Shown here: piece by piece, positions 1-15,445 of the stretch
Layout: every line of letters begins with the position of its first letter
Position numbering within the stretch: position 1 is the first letter of the stretch
NCBI GenBank assembly: GCA_964035545.1
Contig: OZ037770.1
Location: 5,156,729-5,220,728 of the forward strand
Length of the DNA: 64,000 nt
Reading direction: 5' to 3'
Origin: Bugula neritina
Taxonomy: Eukaryota > Animalia > Bryozoa
Translations under genes and position numbers: made by a program
Notes under the pieces: model-generated
What the model was told of the DNA's origin: nothing
What the model saw: only the letters and a program-made list of their open reading frames with translations
The model's database searches: none

Positions 1-1265
1 AAACCGTTGACGAAAAAAATTGTTAGCAGTCCTTTTATTGAAATTATACTTTGAGCAATGCACATAGTTTTCTAAAGACATAAATGTGCTCTTGGTGAAA
101 CCCTGTACAGCAAATATTGTATGCTACATCTTTAATGTGGTTGGAATGAAATGAATTTCAACCTTGACAGCCTCAGCAGACCAATTCAAATTTATTTCAT
201 AGACATGGTTTAGATAATTTTATTGAAGCACTGATTACGCTATGTATAATGTAAAATAATGCTGCAGGATTGTGTAATAATCTAGCTGTTTGTTGGATGA
301 CACAGTTTTGATGCCGGGAAATGAGCAGTTATGGGCACACAAATATCTGGGTTTCTATATTACGGCAACATGATATGAAAATGTACAGAGAGATGCATGA
401 CACTGCTATGAAACTAGGTCACATGCTGATAGAAATACACTGAATAAGTTATATTCTATTTATATGTATATACTCTGTATTTAGAGAAATATATTATATT
501 TTGAGTAGGCCTTTTGTTAAAGAAACCCTGGTCTTTCGCAGCCTATTAAATTGCTCAGTCTATATGAATTACACAAAAATACCTAAGCAATGAATGCTAG
601 GTATCTTGTGTTAAAGCAACAGACAGAAAACAAAATTAAAGTTATCAGTGCAATCAAACCCTATTGTAAAATACTATTCAGCTAGAAATTCTTACATAGT
701 GTCAGGCATATAATATTTTCAACTAAGTGATTTGCTTCTAAGGAAAAGGGAGTAACCTAATTTACACCCAGTGTTTTTACGTCTTTGATTTCAATCAGTT
801 AAGTGCTAATATCTCTGTGGAAACTATACTCACTGGGTTATAAAACATATCATTACTTCTCACCAGGGAAGAAAGAGATTGTGTACATTGTCTTGTGAAA
901 AACATATTTTTTCTATTAGCTTATTGTCCCAGCAGTGTGTTAATTTTTATAGACTATATACAGGTATGTATATAGGAATCAATCTCTCTTTACTCTTTTC
1001 TATGTAAAATGCTGCATATAGTTTTGCCTATACCATTCACTGCTATACATACAGTATGTGCCTTATGGGTGTGCATGTTTTATAATTGTGCGTGTGATGT
1101 GCTTGTCTGTTTGTTCTGTGGATTTGTTTGTGTACGTGTGCAGAAATGTGTTTGCATGTTCATGTGTTTGTATTTTTCTTTTTGATTTATATTTTTTTGG
1201 GTGTTTGTTGGCTTATGTGTGTTAGAATGCATATAATATGTCTGTGTGAGTAGATATAGATATTA

Positions 1266-1960
<695 letters not shown>

Positions 1961-3717
1961 GTGTTATTTGCTTTTTTAAGTAGTGTTTAGCAAAACATAA
2001 TTTAATTTGACAGCATGAGCTTGTATCCTTCAATATAATAAATTATCTATTTTTATAGCTTCCAGGTTGAGTTTAGTCAAGCAGTACTGAACCCAGAATA
2101 TTGTATATAACAGGAGGCTTCATTGTTTAATATGTGTTGCAGTCTTACAGCTCAACGTAATTGGGTCATTTAATTTAATTTAGTATTTCTAGTTTTTAGC
2201 TATTTTTCAAAATTTAGCAGCTAATGTATAAGGTTTCTTGCCCAACTAATAGCTCATATTACAATGACAGTGGCTTTAATGCTGGGGAATCCACTACCAG
2301 CCTTTTCTTTATTTATAGCATAATTGGAATCAGCACATACAAATACCACATATTAAAGTAAATTTCAATAAATTTTGAGCAAACTTTAATGATCGGTCAT
2401 AACTTGCTGATGTGTACTAAATGTAGTAAAAAGGACTCAAAAAATATTTATGAACTATAACCCAATAAGACTATACTTTTTATTTAAAACATATGCCTAT
2501 ATATACCTATATACAGAATATATTATAATATACTCATTGAGTCAATTAAAGTAATTTATTATATGACTTTTCATTTTATTTCAGAATTTAATCCGAATGC
2601 GACACTGACATAACTACAAGGAATTCACTCAACACTCGTTCTGTCTCCTAGCTTTGCAACAGAAAGTAAAAACAACCAAAAAGATGTGTACCTGTCAATC
2701 ATCTTCACCATATTTTTCATAGTTACATAATTTTGGTTTACCTGAGCGAGAAAATCATCAGCTACAAAAGGTGGGTGGAGCAACATCTTATTTTCATAAT
2801 GATGCCATAGATCATGTGAACTGTTCAATTGGATACTCATCGACTTATTTATGCTTAATTGCTTTCATTACACAGCTACGTTATTGTGGGGTAAAGTATT
2901 TACTAGAAAACTATACACTCAGCACTTTAGCTGTAGAATAAATTTAGTCAGATAGATGTACAGAATAAAAATAGTAGATTGTACAATTGAAGTAAACCTT
3001 GGATACAAAAGTTATTATTGACTAAGTCACTATTCCTTGTATTATAAAGAAGTATTTCCAGCATGAGTTGCACAGTGAATTAACTAAATTCTATTAACAA
3101 AGCAGTGAATAGAATCATGTTCAAGAATTTGGTGAATTAGTAGATAATAGAACTTCTAAAACTACAGACAAATGAAGCTAATATAACCTTTTAGTGAACA
3201 AAAAGTAACAATTTATATACTCAGTGAATTCAGCTGTGGCATAGAAACCCAATTATTAGGTTAACAATAGTTGGTTCTATAGAATCAGTGTTGATCAGTT
3301 TATGTGATCCTAACCATTATACATAGTGAATGTCAAGCTACACGTGTTTATAATAGAGCCCTGTTTATGATTTACTTCTCTGTCATATCATATTCCATCT
3401 ATACACTCTGTGATCACATATTATAATATGTCTGCAGGTTATCTAATCGTTATCATATAGTTGTTTGTATGTTTGTATAGTTTTGTATATATTTGTATGG
3501 TTGTGCATATAAATGTATAATTGCGCATATTATAAGTACAGTGTACAATTGTGTATATATTGTATAGTTGTGCATAAAAATGTATTATAGCTGTGTATAT
3601 AATACTTGTATAGTGCATAGTGAGTATATACTTGTATAGCAGTTTTACAAATGTCTGTTTCGGTCTGTGTTGATAGTTCTACTCCATAAAGTTGAGACAT
3701 AGTAGTTATTATTGTTT

Positions 3718-4473
3718 CACAGGATAGTTAAGGGCATCCTCACTAAGAATATCATAAATTTCTCTCAAAATGTAGTTCAGGTTCTTGAATAATATTGCTC
3801 TGCGGGTGGCATGCTTGTTGCCTACTTGTAATTGTTTAGCCTAAGATTAAACTACAACCAATGAGCAGCAACCTTCGTTAGGGCTGCGTTATCTATCAAC
3901 ATTCCATTATTGGTGCGACATAAACAAAGTACAAAGCAAGCTATTCATTATAGCCCGCCAGCTAGCTAGCCTGTAATTATTATGTAGGCGCCAATATCTT
4001 CTCATCCCTACGCGCTCAGTGAAGCGTGAAGTGCTGCGCGCTGCTCGTTTCTTATGAGAAAATATGGCATTTTCAGTGTATAAATCACCAATTTATGAGC
4101 AATCTAGCAGAGTTATTGAAAAAAGAAAAAAACTTACACTGGAGAAATATCTCAGGATTCCAGCAGTGCAATTTTTATTCAGATATCATGCTTTGCTGCT
4201 GAGATATTTTACTGGTACTGAAAAGTCAGCTTTTCAGGCAAAATTGGCCAAAATTCGGCAGTTTTTCGTCTATAACTTCGCAAAAAAAATGAAAATTGAA
4301 ATTTCCAAAAAACTTACACTGGAGAAAAAGAAGATCTACAACATAGTTTTTAAATTTTGACTCTAGCACAATTAGGTGAGATTTTATTTTACTGGTACTG
4401 AATTCTTATATGATTACAATGCAAACCTCAGCAAGGCAGTTGCAGCTAAAAGGTTGCCCTTAACTATCCTGTG
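3718..4473 (+). mobile_element. 756-bp non-autonomous DNA transposon, CAC...GTG termini (probable CMC/Chapaev-like), copy 1
   Basis: 19-bp perfect TIR CACAGGATAGTTAAGGGCA / TGCCCTTAACTATCCTGTG; TTT on both flanks (3-bp TSD); an equal-length inverted copy lies at 10454-11209. Confidence 0.85.
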
Positions 4474-6261
4474 TTTGTATGTATTGTAATCATTTAGTAT
4501 AACTTATACATGCATCATTATTTCATGGCATGTAGTTTTAAAGTAATCTATATTGCAGTTTATTAGTTTACATTGACTAGTCAACTTGTTTTACTATATA
4601 TGTGAGTATTTTCAGTTTCACATACATTAACTCATGCGCATACAGTATGCCCTAAAATGTAACATATAAATTCTTAGATTATTACTTCCATTCAGTATGA
4701 CAGCAGATGCATCAGTTAGGCAATTAATGGAGTTATTTCAACATTATTCACTATAATATTATGACATATCATTCACCTGCCGTAGTGGTGATTATCAGTA
4801 CTTGTCACGTTTATAGTTCTGGATAACAATACAAACTTATGTTGCAATGTATATATAATAGCCTTGAGTTTAGTAGAAAATTTATTGAATAATAATTTGT
4901 GTTGAACACAGTTTTTAGTATATGTAGCTGCAGAGAACTACTGTTAGAAAGCAGTTTTTATTTTGTAATAATCTTTCACAAGTAAGTGGTATGATTGTAG
5001 GTTTATGGCAGCATTTGTTAATTACATGTAATTTTCACAGCTGTATGACTTCTAGCTGTTTACTATAGTATGTATTGTAGAAGTTAATTATTTTAATAAA
5101 GGGTCCGTTAGTAATCAAATTGTGAAAATCCAAAAGAATTCTCAGTTCAGCTCTGAGTGTTTAAGTTAATTATAGAGAGCTAGGAGTTCCAATAACCCAA
5201 CTTCTAAATAATGGCTTTATTTTTTTTGAATTTTAGAAAACTTCTAATTAAATTTTTCAGTACTCCTAATGTGTATATGCATCTCACTTTTATAAATTCA
5301 AGTGTAAGTTTATACTTGATGAATACCGTTTGATTACATATTGATGATTATTTTTACTTTACTTATTTACATGGAATTTTCTGTTCAACTCGAAATGCTT
5401 ATGTTACTTGACTAATAATAAATTATCAATTTATAGCCATATTATTCATGTTTTACACGGGCAGTAAAAATAAGTTTTTTCACTAAATATAGCACCTAGC
5501 AAAACATGGCATGTGATAAATTTAAGATATGATAAAATTATGTTGATAAAATAAGTTTTTGGAGCCGTTATTTAACAAAGTCATGTAGCACTAGTGCTAC
5601 TATGGGTCTGAGAGGTAACAATTGTTTTAGATTTTAGAGCAAGATTGGTTTTCTTAAACTAGCTAAATAGCAATAAACATTGCAATTTATTTTTGATCAT
5701 TTAACATTAATTATAGTTTATGCATGATACCCTGATAGTCAAACTAAAAATTTGCAATGCAGCATTTGTAACAGCAAGGCAGAAGATGACAAAATCATAA
5801 AGCTAGGAAACTATGTTTTTAAGTACCTTTGAAGATTTATATCACACTTACTAATTATAATTAAAAATGATTTTAACTGTTTATTCAATAGCTTAGACAG
5901 TAGAAAACAAGCATTAGGCTCCGTAGACCAGGCCAGCTGTCTGAGTAGCAAAAAGAATGACAGCTACCATTTCTAAAAAATAAGACAGAATTAAAAACAG
6001 TTAAACCCGTAGAAAATAACGTAATAACTAAGGCAGCACTTCGGCTCTTAATAGTTTTGACAAACTTGGAATATTATTTTAGATAAATATTGATCTATGA
6101 ATACAATATGAATTATTAATTAAATGCTTTTTCTTTTAATTATTATGTGACACACCTATGCTACCATAACCAGTATAACATTTGTGTATATAACAATAGG
6201 GTGCAGCATACAAAAGAAAACGTTTTAAAACACAAGAAAAAAATACATAATACAAGAAGCT

Positions 6262-7860
6262 TTAAGACTTACACCACCATAGAATGCCAATAACGGTACA
6301 ATAAAAATCTTTTAAGTAAGATGGAGAACCCCTAGTACGTTGGATAAGCCTTAACACTACTGGGAGGCTGTTCGACTTAGTGTGGTCACTGCTACGGGTA
6401 GTGTCTTTAGTATGGGGGTGAGGAACAACTAGTACAGGTGTGCCATTAATAATAAAAGTGAGTGGCAAATACTCGCCTGTGACTTTGTAAAATTATGAAA
6501 CCAGAATATCATTATTTATGCCGAATAGAAATATATTGTTTTATTCTAATTACCCAATTGAAGTTACAGGACCAAATCGAATAATAAAAGTATCAATATA
6601 ACGCAGTGAAAAAAAACTGCTAGTACAGACAACTCCAAATAGTCCGATATAATGATTGTCAAGTTTAATCGTATATTGTTAATCAACAACAGGTGGGTCC
6701 TCAACAGCTCTATCATCTTCAGTATTCATAAGAATTTCCATTTTACTTGGAGTTGCAAATGTGCCAGCCAGCTCCACTGGTGGAGGAGCTGGCCGGGACC
6801 GGTCTGTCGGCTGTTTAACCTCTTGTACTGCATAATGACCTCCAAAGCTTAACTCAACTCAACGCAGGTCATCCCTTCATGTTGAGACAGCACGTGTGTT
6901 CCAAAGGTGGAGGAGCCTGCCCTACTGCGTCAGAGCTTCAGGCAGGCTTTGGTTTGAATCACTACCTGACCCGAGCGCCCCATCTTATATGTGTGATTGG
7001 ACATCACCTCTGTCAAGCAATAAGGCCCCATAAGTTTTGGCTTTAACTTAGCCGCCTGCTCGTGCCGCTGGTTGTGACTGATTATCCAGACCCGATATCT
7101 CACATTGTATGAAGGGGGGCAACGAGAGTTTTCACTCCCCAAATGCCCTTGCTGCTCAAGTAAAATCTCGTGAGCCGTCCTCATGCGCACATTATGAACT
7201 GATCCACATACTCAGAACGCTGCACTCTGGAGAAGGAACGAGGTAGGTCAAGTGGTCGGGTAACCTTATTGTTCTACCGAGCATGAGAAAGTGTGAAGTC
7301 TCAAGTGTACTGTATTGAGGGGTACTGCAGCAGACTCTCATGAATTGCGGAAAGGTCAAGTTCTACTCTTCCTGACTAACACCTAGTAGCAGGCTCCTCA
7401 TAGAGTTGTCTCGCGTATGATTGTTTTGCTCAACCTTATTTAGCCCCCCCTCCGCTTAACCCTGGTTAGTGTTTGTTTGCTCTGGCCAGCCGAAATAACA
7501 CAATACACTATGGCCTAGAACCCTTGCCACTGTAGGGGCTGACGCATCGAGAATAGCCAGAAATGCCTAAAATGGTCACTCAACAACAATAATCAGTTAT
7601 TACTCCTTTGAGACATGGGCATGGGGCCTACCGGATCTTTGGCAACTATCTGCCATGGCCGACAAGCGTAAAGGGGTCGCCTCCTAGTGGCCATGTTTGC
7701 TAGCTTAAGATTGTCGCACATCCGCACTCGGAGTCGGACGTCCCCGGTCATCCCGGGCCAATACCATTAGGTCTGTACGCAGTTGGTTACGGCCCAGCTC
7801 TAGCATGAGCACGATTATGGGTGTCCCAAATCAGCTCCTGGCGCATGCTACCCTCTCAAA
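6262..7860 (-). mobile_element. Degenerate Gypsy/Ty3 integrase and pol C-terminal fragment
   Basis: Minus-strand WYWPGMTGDVR (integrase zinc-binding region, ~7720-7775), KLKPKLMGPY (GPY/F motif, ORF 6930-7190) and the pol-tail-like RTRGSPSYLKDF (6262-6468); many stops and frameshifts. Confidence 0.75.
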
Positions 7861-7920
7861 GCCCTTATGATGTGTAACAATCACTAATTTCATAATCAGC
7901 AGCCTATCACTACTGAACTT

Positions 7921-8261
7921 CACAGGATGGTTATGGGCAACCTTTTAGCTGCAACTACCTCACTGAGGTTTGCATTGTAATCATAAGATATTTTCAGTAC
8001 CAGTGAAATAAAAGCTCACCTAATTGTGCTAGAGTCCAAATTCAAAAACTATGTTGTAGATCTTTTTTTTCCCCAGTGCAACTTTGCTTGAAAAATCAAT
8101 TTTCGTTTTTTTTCCAAAGTTATAGACAAAAAACTGACCATTTTGGCCAATTTTGCCTGAATAGTTGACTTTCAGTTCCAATATAATATATCAGCAGCAA
8201 AACATGATATCTAAATGAAAATTTCACTGTTGGGATCTTGAGATATTTCTCCAGTGCAAAT

Positions 8262-8262
<1 letters not shown>
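7921..8262 (-). mobile_element. Truncated, diverged third copy of the 756-bp CACAG element
   Basis: Starts CACAGGATGGTTATGGGCAACCTTTTAGCTGCAAC, colinear with 10454 onward, and ends in the TA microsatellite. Confidence 0.8.
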
Positions 8263-8620
<358 letters not shown>

Positions 8621-8624
8621 TGCA

Positions 8625-9990
8625 ATTAGCTTAGTTTTCGAAATGTACTTCTACATTATTATAATATAAGCTTAAACACAATGCAGCAACATAATTTTAC
8701 ATTGTCACCCTTGCACATGAGTCGTGGGCTTCATAAACATTTATATGATTAGAGAGCTGTGCTATGTTATATTGCTTTATAAAGAAAATAACACACCATT
8801 GTCAAAGTTTACTTTAAGTATGTTGTTTTCCTCTAACTTAGTATTATATCACATTTTTACTTAAATATATAAATTTATACAAAAAGCAGACAGTTCAAGT
8901 TTTACTTTGAAGCACAACTGCAAACATGTAAAGCATGCTTTACCCGTTCATCTCAGATCTATTTTTTTACATAGAAATGTGCAAGCTATACTTGTTTTCC
9001 AACTTTTGGGTAGTTTGCTCAAAAATGTTAACCTACCAGGCTAAGCTCCAGCTCCAGAGTGTTTTGTGTTGGCTTTCCTTTGGGTATCACTTGTCAGTAG
9101 CTTTAGTACTTGCTAGCAATTGTAGCTTGTCAACATCGAATCATCTTACAAGCTTTGCTAGTTATTGCATTAGCCATGATCATCAACATAATCGGAGGCT
9201 AATAATTGTAACAGTTTATGTAAACTTCTGCTGCTGTATTGTGTTCAAGGTCTATTATGGATAATTATTTGGTTTTAGATGGCTAAACCTACTGCATTCT
9301 ACAATGCTGCTCACATGCTAGCAATTGTATTAAGTGCTTACAATAGCAATTGGGCTGGCTCGGTGCAGTACGTGACTTCTTGAATAATTTTGAACTATTG
9401 GAAGTTTGCCAAGTTATCATATTGCAGCCATCGGAGACAAAGCATTGCAGCTATTTATATTTTATTGACCACTTGGTAGCACACTGGCTCATCAAGTATT
9501 TTATTATAGTTCAACACACTTTAATTTAGGAATTCAGCTTCTTTTTTAGGTTTACTTAACAAACCATGATATAATATATATATTCTTCAATATAAGAAAA
9601 ACACATAATCCTATATAATACAGAATAATCATAATACTATAATATTAGAGGTACCATTACTGCAATTTATTAATTAGATGGTTGTGAAAAAAAGCCATCT
9701 ATCAACCCCCCCCCCTTATTACCTAATCCTTACCTTTACTACACAGACTTGAGAATTTCAGACAAGTTGCATGAATTCCAAATAATTTCAACATGGCATA
9801 AAATATTTTTCAGAAATCTGCAGTATTTAGACTCTAGAGCAATTTAAATAAGTGTAAAAGTGCAAAAGTTATATCAACAATTATGATGAGAAAAGAAAAC
9901 TAGCTAGGCAGCAGGTTGAAATAGAACAGGTTCTTAAAACTTGAAATCATGATTCGACAATTATTTATTTAGGCCAACCAACCTAGGAAT
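8625..9990. mobile_element. Rearranged fragment related to the interior of the 49642-52178 DNA element
   Basis: 9270-9990 is colinear with ~51120-51785 (shared AACTAGCTAGGCAGC...TTTAGGCCAACCAACCTAGGAAT); 8625-8740 matches ~51480-51520 and ~51020-51060 in inverted orientation. Confidence 0.65.
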
Positions 9991-10453
9991 TCAATCTATC
10001 TAGGACGCTCTCTTGGTAAGGAAGTGCCACACTCTGCTGGTGACGGGGCAATAGTGGGTGGGTTGGCTGAGTCTTTTCTTCTATCTGGCTGCCTGGTGCT
10101 CCGGATATCCAATACTGGCAGGCGACCAGGGCCCGAGGCAGAGCCAGTATTGGGGAGTCTTCTTCGTCTCCGCCTGTGAGTGGTCATCATGTAGGATGCT
10201 CTGCTCCTCCCCGGCGGCGAGCTGGAGCTCAACCGGTTTGGGGTCGGGGCCACTAACGCTGGCGAAACACACCTCGGAAGAGGAAGTGGCATCCTGTTGG
10301 CTGCGGGGAGCCGAAACAGGAGCCGGTAGGGGAGGGGAGTCGGATCGACTGACCTCCTGGGTATCCATACGTTCCTCTGATTGAGCTTCTGGTAACGCAA
10401 TTCCCATGACCGATGACAGGGTCTTGAGGATGGAATTCAAATTGACTTTTGAA

Positions 10454-11209
10454 CACAGGATAGTTAAGGGCAACCTTTTAGCTGCAACTGCCTTGCTGAG
10501 GTTTGCATTGTAATCATATAATAATTCAGTACCAGTAAAATAAAATCTTACCTAATTGTGCTAGAGTCAAAATTTAAAAACTATGTTGTAGATCTTCTCT
10601 TTTTCCAGTGTAAGTTTTTTGGAAATTTCAATTTTCATTTTTTTTGCAAAGTTATAGACAAAAAACTGTCCAATTTTGGCCAATTTTGCCTGAAAAGCTG
10701 ACTTTTCAGTACCAGTGAAATATCTCAACAGCAAAACATGATATCTGAATAAAAATTGCACTGCTGGAATCCTGAGATATTTCTCCAGTGTAAGTTTTTT
10801 TCTTTTTCCAATAACTCTTCTAGATTGCCCATAAATTGGTGATTTATACACTGAAAATGCCATATTTTTTCATGGGTAATTAGCAGCGCGCAGCACTTCA
10901 CGCTTCAATGAGCACGTGGAGATGAGAAGATATTGGCGCGTACATGCTAATTACAGGCTTGCTAGCTGGCAGGCTATAATGAATAGCTTGCTTTGTACTT
11001 TGTTTATGTAATACCCATAATGGAATGTTGAGAGATAACACAGCCCTAATGAAGGTTGCTGCTTATTGGTTGTAGTTTGATCTCAGGCTAAGCAATTGCA
11101 AGTAGGCAACCCGCATGCCACCCGCAGAGCAATATTATTCAAGAACCTAAACTACATTTTGAGAAAAAATTATGATATTCTTAGTGAGGATGCCCTTAAC
11201 TATCCTGTG
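10454..11209 (-). mobile_element. 756-bp CACAG element, copy 2, inside the Gypsy integrase
   Basis: Same TIRs and length as 3718-4473, opposite orientation; no TSD. Confidence 0.88.
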
Positions 11210-14200
11210 TGTGGGACGGTCATGCCTGCTAGCTTGGCAGACCTCGCAGTGCCGTATCCGCAATCGTACGTCTTGAGTCATACAAGGCCAGTACCAACGC
11301 AGCTGCAGACACCTGATGACCCGACTGACTCCAGAATGAGGCTGTTTATGGGTGTCTCAAATCAGTTCTCGCCGGAGGGTGCGTGGACAGACGACGCGGT
11401 CCCTCTCCTGCTGACGGTTGTCTGCTGCTAACGTTATCATCAGGAGGCCATCAGGACTGACCTTGAGGGCATCCTAGCGACGACAGAAGAGTTAAAACTC
11501 AACATCTCCCCGCCGCTGCTGTTCCTCGCTAGGTCGTCGGCCTTCCTTCTTGGCACGGAAGATGTCCGCTACCGCGCCGGGTAGCGTCTCCTGGAGTCCG
11601 CACAGCTCCTTGACGTTCTGGTACAGAGTGGGGTTGCCGTGGAGCGCCTGGACGTTGTTTGGGTGGGTTTCGGTCCGAAAATGGCCGTGCTCCCACCAGT
11701 AGACGGTGCCCTCCTCTAACTCTGTTTCTACGTCAAAGCGAGCGGGTCCCCCGTCTCGCATCTCAATGTGCAGGCATTGCTTACAGTCCTCTACCGGCCG
11801 GCGGCTCATGCCGTCGGCGTTCCCATGCTTCCGGCCTGCAAGGTGCTCTATCCGGTAAGAGAACTTGGCAGGAATTTCTAGCCAACGAGCCACCTGGCTC
11901 AAGGGCTCTGCACGTTTACACAACCATATCAGTGATGCATGGTCTGTTCGCAACCGGAACGTTCTCCCATACAGATATGGTCGAAAATGCTTGACTGCCT
12001 TGACTACTGCTAGGAGTTTTTTCCTAGTGATGCAGTAGTTTTTCTCGGTGGCAGCGAGAGTCTTGCTGTAGTAAGCCACGACCACTTCACTTCCACCCTG
12101 GACTTGAGACAGAACAGCTCCCACGCTGTGGTCACTGGCGTCAGTGTCCAGGAGGTCCTCTCCAGCTGAATCAAAGTACGCCAGAAGTGGCACTTCCATT
12201 AGCCGTTGCTTGAGGTGATCGAATGCCTGCTGCTCTTCCTGTGTCCACTGCCACCAGACCCCCTTTGCATCAGCCGATTTAACGGCTGAGCCACCCCTGC
12301 AAAACCAGGTATGTACTGCCGGTGGTACTCTACCAGGCCGAGGAATGCTCGCAGCTCAGGGAGGTCATGGGGAACAGCCCACTCCTTCACAGCCTGTACC
12401 TTCTCCGGGTCGGTAGCGACCCGTCACGGCCAACCACATGGCCCAGGTACGTGACTTTCGGCTGCAGGAGTGCACATTTGGAGGGCTTCAACTTCAGTCC
12501 AGCTGCCCGGAGACAGTCAAAGACCTCTCGCAGACAACTGACATGAGTCGAAAATTCTAGGAAGATGACAATGACGAGAGGAGTGTCTTCCAGTGTAATC
12601 CACTGAGAACCTGCTCCATGAGCCGTTGGAAAGTTGCCAGGGCGGACGTTAGTCCAAATGGCAGTACTTTCCACTTCCAGAGCCCGTCGCGAGTGATGAA
12701 CGCTGCTTTGTCCTGAGCGTCAGGACTGAGCGGCACTTTCCAGTACCTACTAAGCAGATCCAAAGTACTAGAGTACTTGCTACTCGCACCGTGGGCAGGC
12801 TCAATCAGGTCCCGGTCGAGAATATCCTGCACCTGCCGGCTCACCTCCTTCTCTGGGCCTAGACGCCGGGTGGGCTGCCTGATGGGAGTGGTGCCGGCTG
12901 CCAAGGGTATCTCGTGGGAGATAACCTTTGTCAGCCCCATGTCTCCACCGCCACCACTGAAGACATCACTGTACTTTGCGAGTAGTTGAGCCAGTACTTG
13001 GCGTTCAGTACTACTCGTACAGTTGCCACACGCTCCATTGCACAGGTCAGCCATCCGCTCCGGGACTGCTCCTCGGCTGGTGCGAGGAGGGTTTCCCTGA
13101 GAATCGGCCACTGTTGCCAGTGCCGGACCCACATCCGCCTCCGGGATGGAGTGGTACTTCCCCACCAGCGCTCTGGCCAATAATCGGACAGGTTCCGTGA
13201 AGGGGTCGATACACTGCACGAGGAGCTCTTGCGGACAGTCTAGCCGATTCAGTCTGTTTGCTAGTCGGATCGCTCCGTGCGTTCCTTCAACCACCCCCAG
13301 GCAGACGATCCCCTTGCAGTTGACTCTGCAGCGGAGAGTCACCTGTGATCTTCCCGGAGCTGTGCAGTCCCGCACTTCCTGGACTCCGCCCACCAAGAGC
13401 CTGCCAAACTTGTCAACACAGACAAGTTCCTTCCCAGCCATCACCACCACTGACTTCTGGAAATCCATGTGGCACTGGTGTTTCTCCAGAAACGGCATTC
13501 CCAAGGATGGCGTCCTCCTTCAGCTGGCTGACTATGAAGGTCTCGTGAACCGTTTGATCACGGACGCGCCCAGGCAGTGAAATGTTGCCGTAAAAAGGAG
13601 TGCATCATCCGTCCGCCAACGTACCATGCACACCTTCATACGGCTCCAGGCTCGCCCGCTCTCAGGCACCAAGAGTGTCAAAGAGACACCTACTCAACAG
13701 GAAGGTAGTGCACCCAGTATCCAATAGGAATGTGACAGCTCTACCCGAAGTTTTTCTAGGCAGGAAGTAGCTGCTTCCATACGGCTGGGTGTTCCTGGAG
13801 TGGTCAGTCTCTAGGGGAGACACAACTCGGGTTCACACAGCGGGCCTTTTCTAGGTCGTCTTGGAGACGATGGGGGTTTTCTGAGATCGGGAGGGCAGCT
13901 TGGGGTACTCTTACGAGTAAGCTGAGTCCTCTTCCACGACCTCCTCGGGTAACCCCGCGAACCGGTTACGGAGTGACCAGGCTGGAGGATCGGGTAGACC
14001 TTGCGGTCTCCGAGATCTCCGTGGTGCCTGCCACTCAGTATCGGCAGACTCTGGGGAGGTCTCTTCTGTTACCCTCCGAGCCCTATCCCGGATGGGATTA
14101 GCGTGAGGCCCACGGGTGGCAGAAGTTACCATGAGCCTCGGGTGTTTAAAGCCCTCTTGCCTCCAGGGCAGTGCCTTCTCACATGTTCATGCGTTCCGCA

Positions 14201-15059
14201 CCCCCAACAGGTGAGCAAAGAAGGGCGGACAGAGTCAGCCCGCAATCGGGGAACCTGCCTGTCCGCCTGGTTGCGTTGCAACTCCGTCACCGTAGCTTGC
14301 AGGTCTTTCAACATGTTCATCAACATGGTGAGCTGCGTCTGCTCGGGCGACTTAGTTGCTGCTGCCGCCACCTGTGAGGTTGGAGGTGGGGGTGTCTTCC
14401 TCGTCTTTGACTACTTGGTGTGCTGTGTAGCTCGCCCTCCGAGGCTCTTCCACCTGAAAGTAGGCCTTGCCCATCTCCAGTGCTTCTTCTATGCTGCTGA
14501 CCCTGGCGACCAGCCAGTACCGCTGTAGGTCCGGGTAGTTCATGCTCCGGAAGAACGCGTTATAAACGAGGCGCTTCCGGTCGTTGCCAGTGGCGTGACC
14601 AAAAGTAGCCTGAGCCAGGCGCTCTACCTTTTTTGCGTGGTCTTCCAGAGGTGTCCTCCGGTCTCTCCTCATAATTTGTAGGTGGTCTCATGCTTCTTCA
14701 GCTGTCAGGGCGAACCGGGTCCTGAGAGCCCGCATGATGTGGGCTTTATCGGGTCCAAGAGCGAAACTCCGGCCCGGCCTGTCAGACAGGCCCGAAGTTG
14801 GAGGATGCGCACCCGAGCTGACCATTCAGCAATGGTGGCCACATCCTCAAACTCTCGGATGAACTGTTCCACGTTTCCCTCTCCTCCAAAACTCAGGAGC
14901 TGGAGGTGGTACCTGTCACCAGGTGGCGCCTGACCTTGCCCCTGCAATCTCTGGAGGGCTGCGAACAACGCCTCGATAGTGAGGGTTGGTGTCTTCTCTG
15001 CCTCAGGGGCTAGGTCCCCTGGGGCCATCTTGTCCTTCTTGGCAACTAGCTATTCGAAA

Positions 15060-15077
15060 ATCCTACCGCTGCCACCA
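15060..15077 (-). promoter_or_regulatory. Gypsy primer-binding site (tRNA-Leu type) next to the 5' LTR end
   Basis: Minus strand reads ...TCACA T TGGTGGCAGCGGTAGGAT: an LTR-terminal CA followed by a TGG-initiated PBS resembling the tRNA-Leu 3' end complement. Confidence 0.8.
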
Positions 15078-15445
15078 ATGTGATAAAACTGTGGGTTTGA
15101 ATGTAGCTAGTTGCCTTGCATGCTCGTTATGAAGAACAGGTTGAGAAATTGAGTATAAATGACAGTAGCTTTATTGAGAAGAATTATATAGTAGGTATGC
15201 ATCCAGTGAGCCCCAGTAGTAGACTGAACTACACTGGCATTTCGGGAATCCGAAATGCCAAACATCGGCATTTTGGCACTTCGGTACTTTGGCATTTCGG
15301 AAGACCGAAGTGCCAACCTCGGACAACAACAGGAGCACACAAAAGAAAGCAACATTAGTAAAAGAAAAGCAACATTAGTAAAAAAAATAATACATAATTT
15401 CGGAATGCATATTTCAATAAAATTACATTATGCTGAAAGCTTTAA

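Larger units (their letters stand above)
9996..15078 (-). mobile_element. Degraded Gypsy/Ty3 LTR retrotransposon internal region (gag-PR-RT-RNaseH-INT)
   Basis: Gag pieces 14126-15028 with CCHC knuckle CWGCGTHEHVRRHC; protease FLLDTGCTT (~13705-13735); RT WKVLPFGL..ATFQRLME with the YxDD region deleted; RNase H LDTDASDHSVGAVLSQ; integrase zinc region WYWPCMTQDVR..CEVC at ~11210-11320; frameshifted throughout. Confidence 0.92.

Noticed and set aside
4064-4360. 98-aa ORF conserved in two places (also 10567-10863)
   Set aside because: Lies inside two recent copies of a non-autonomous transposon, has no transposase motif, and is not preserved in the third copy.
5500-6300. 3' LTR matching 15079 onward
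   Set aside because: No sequence match to the putative 5' LTR was found by eye, so no LTR pair is called.
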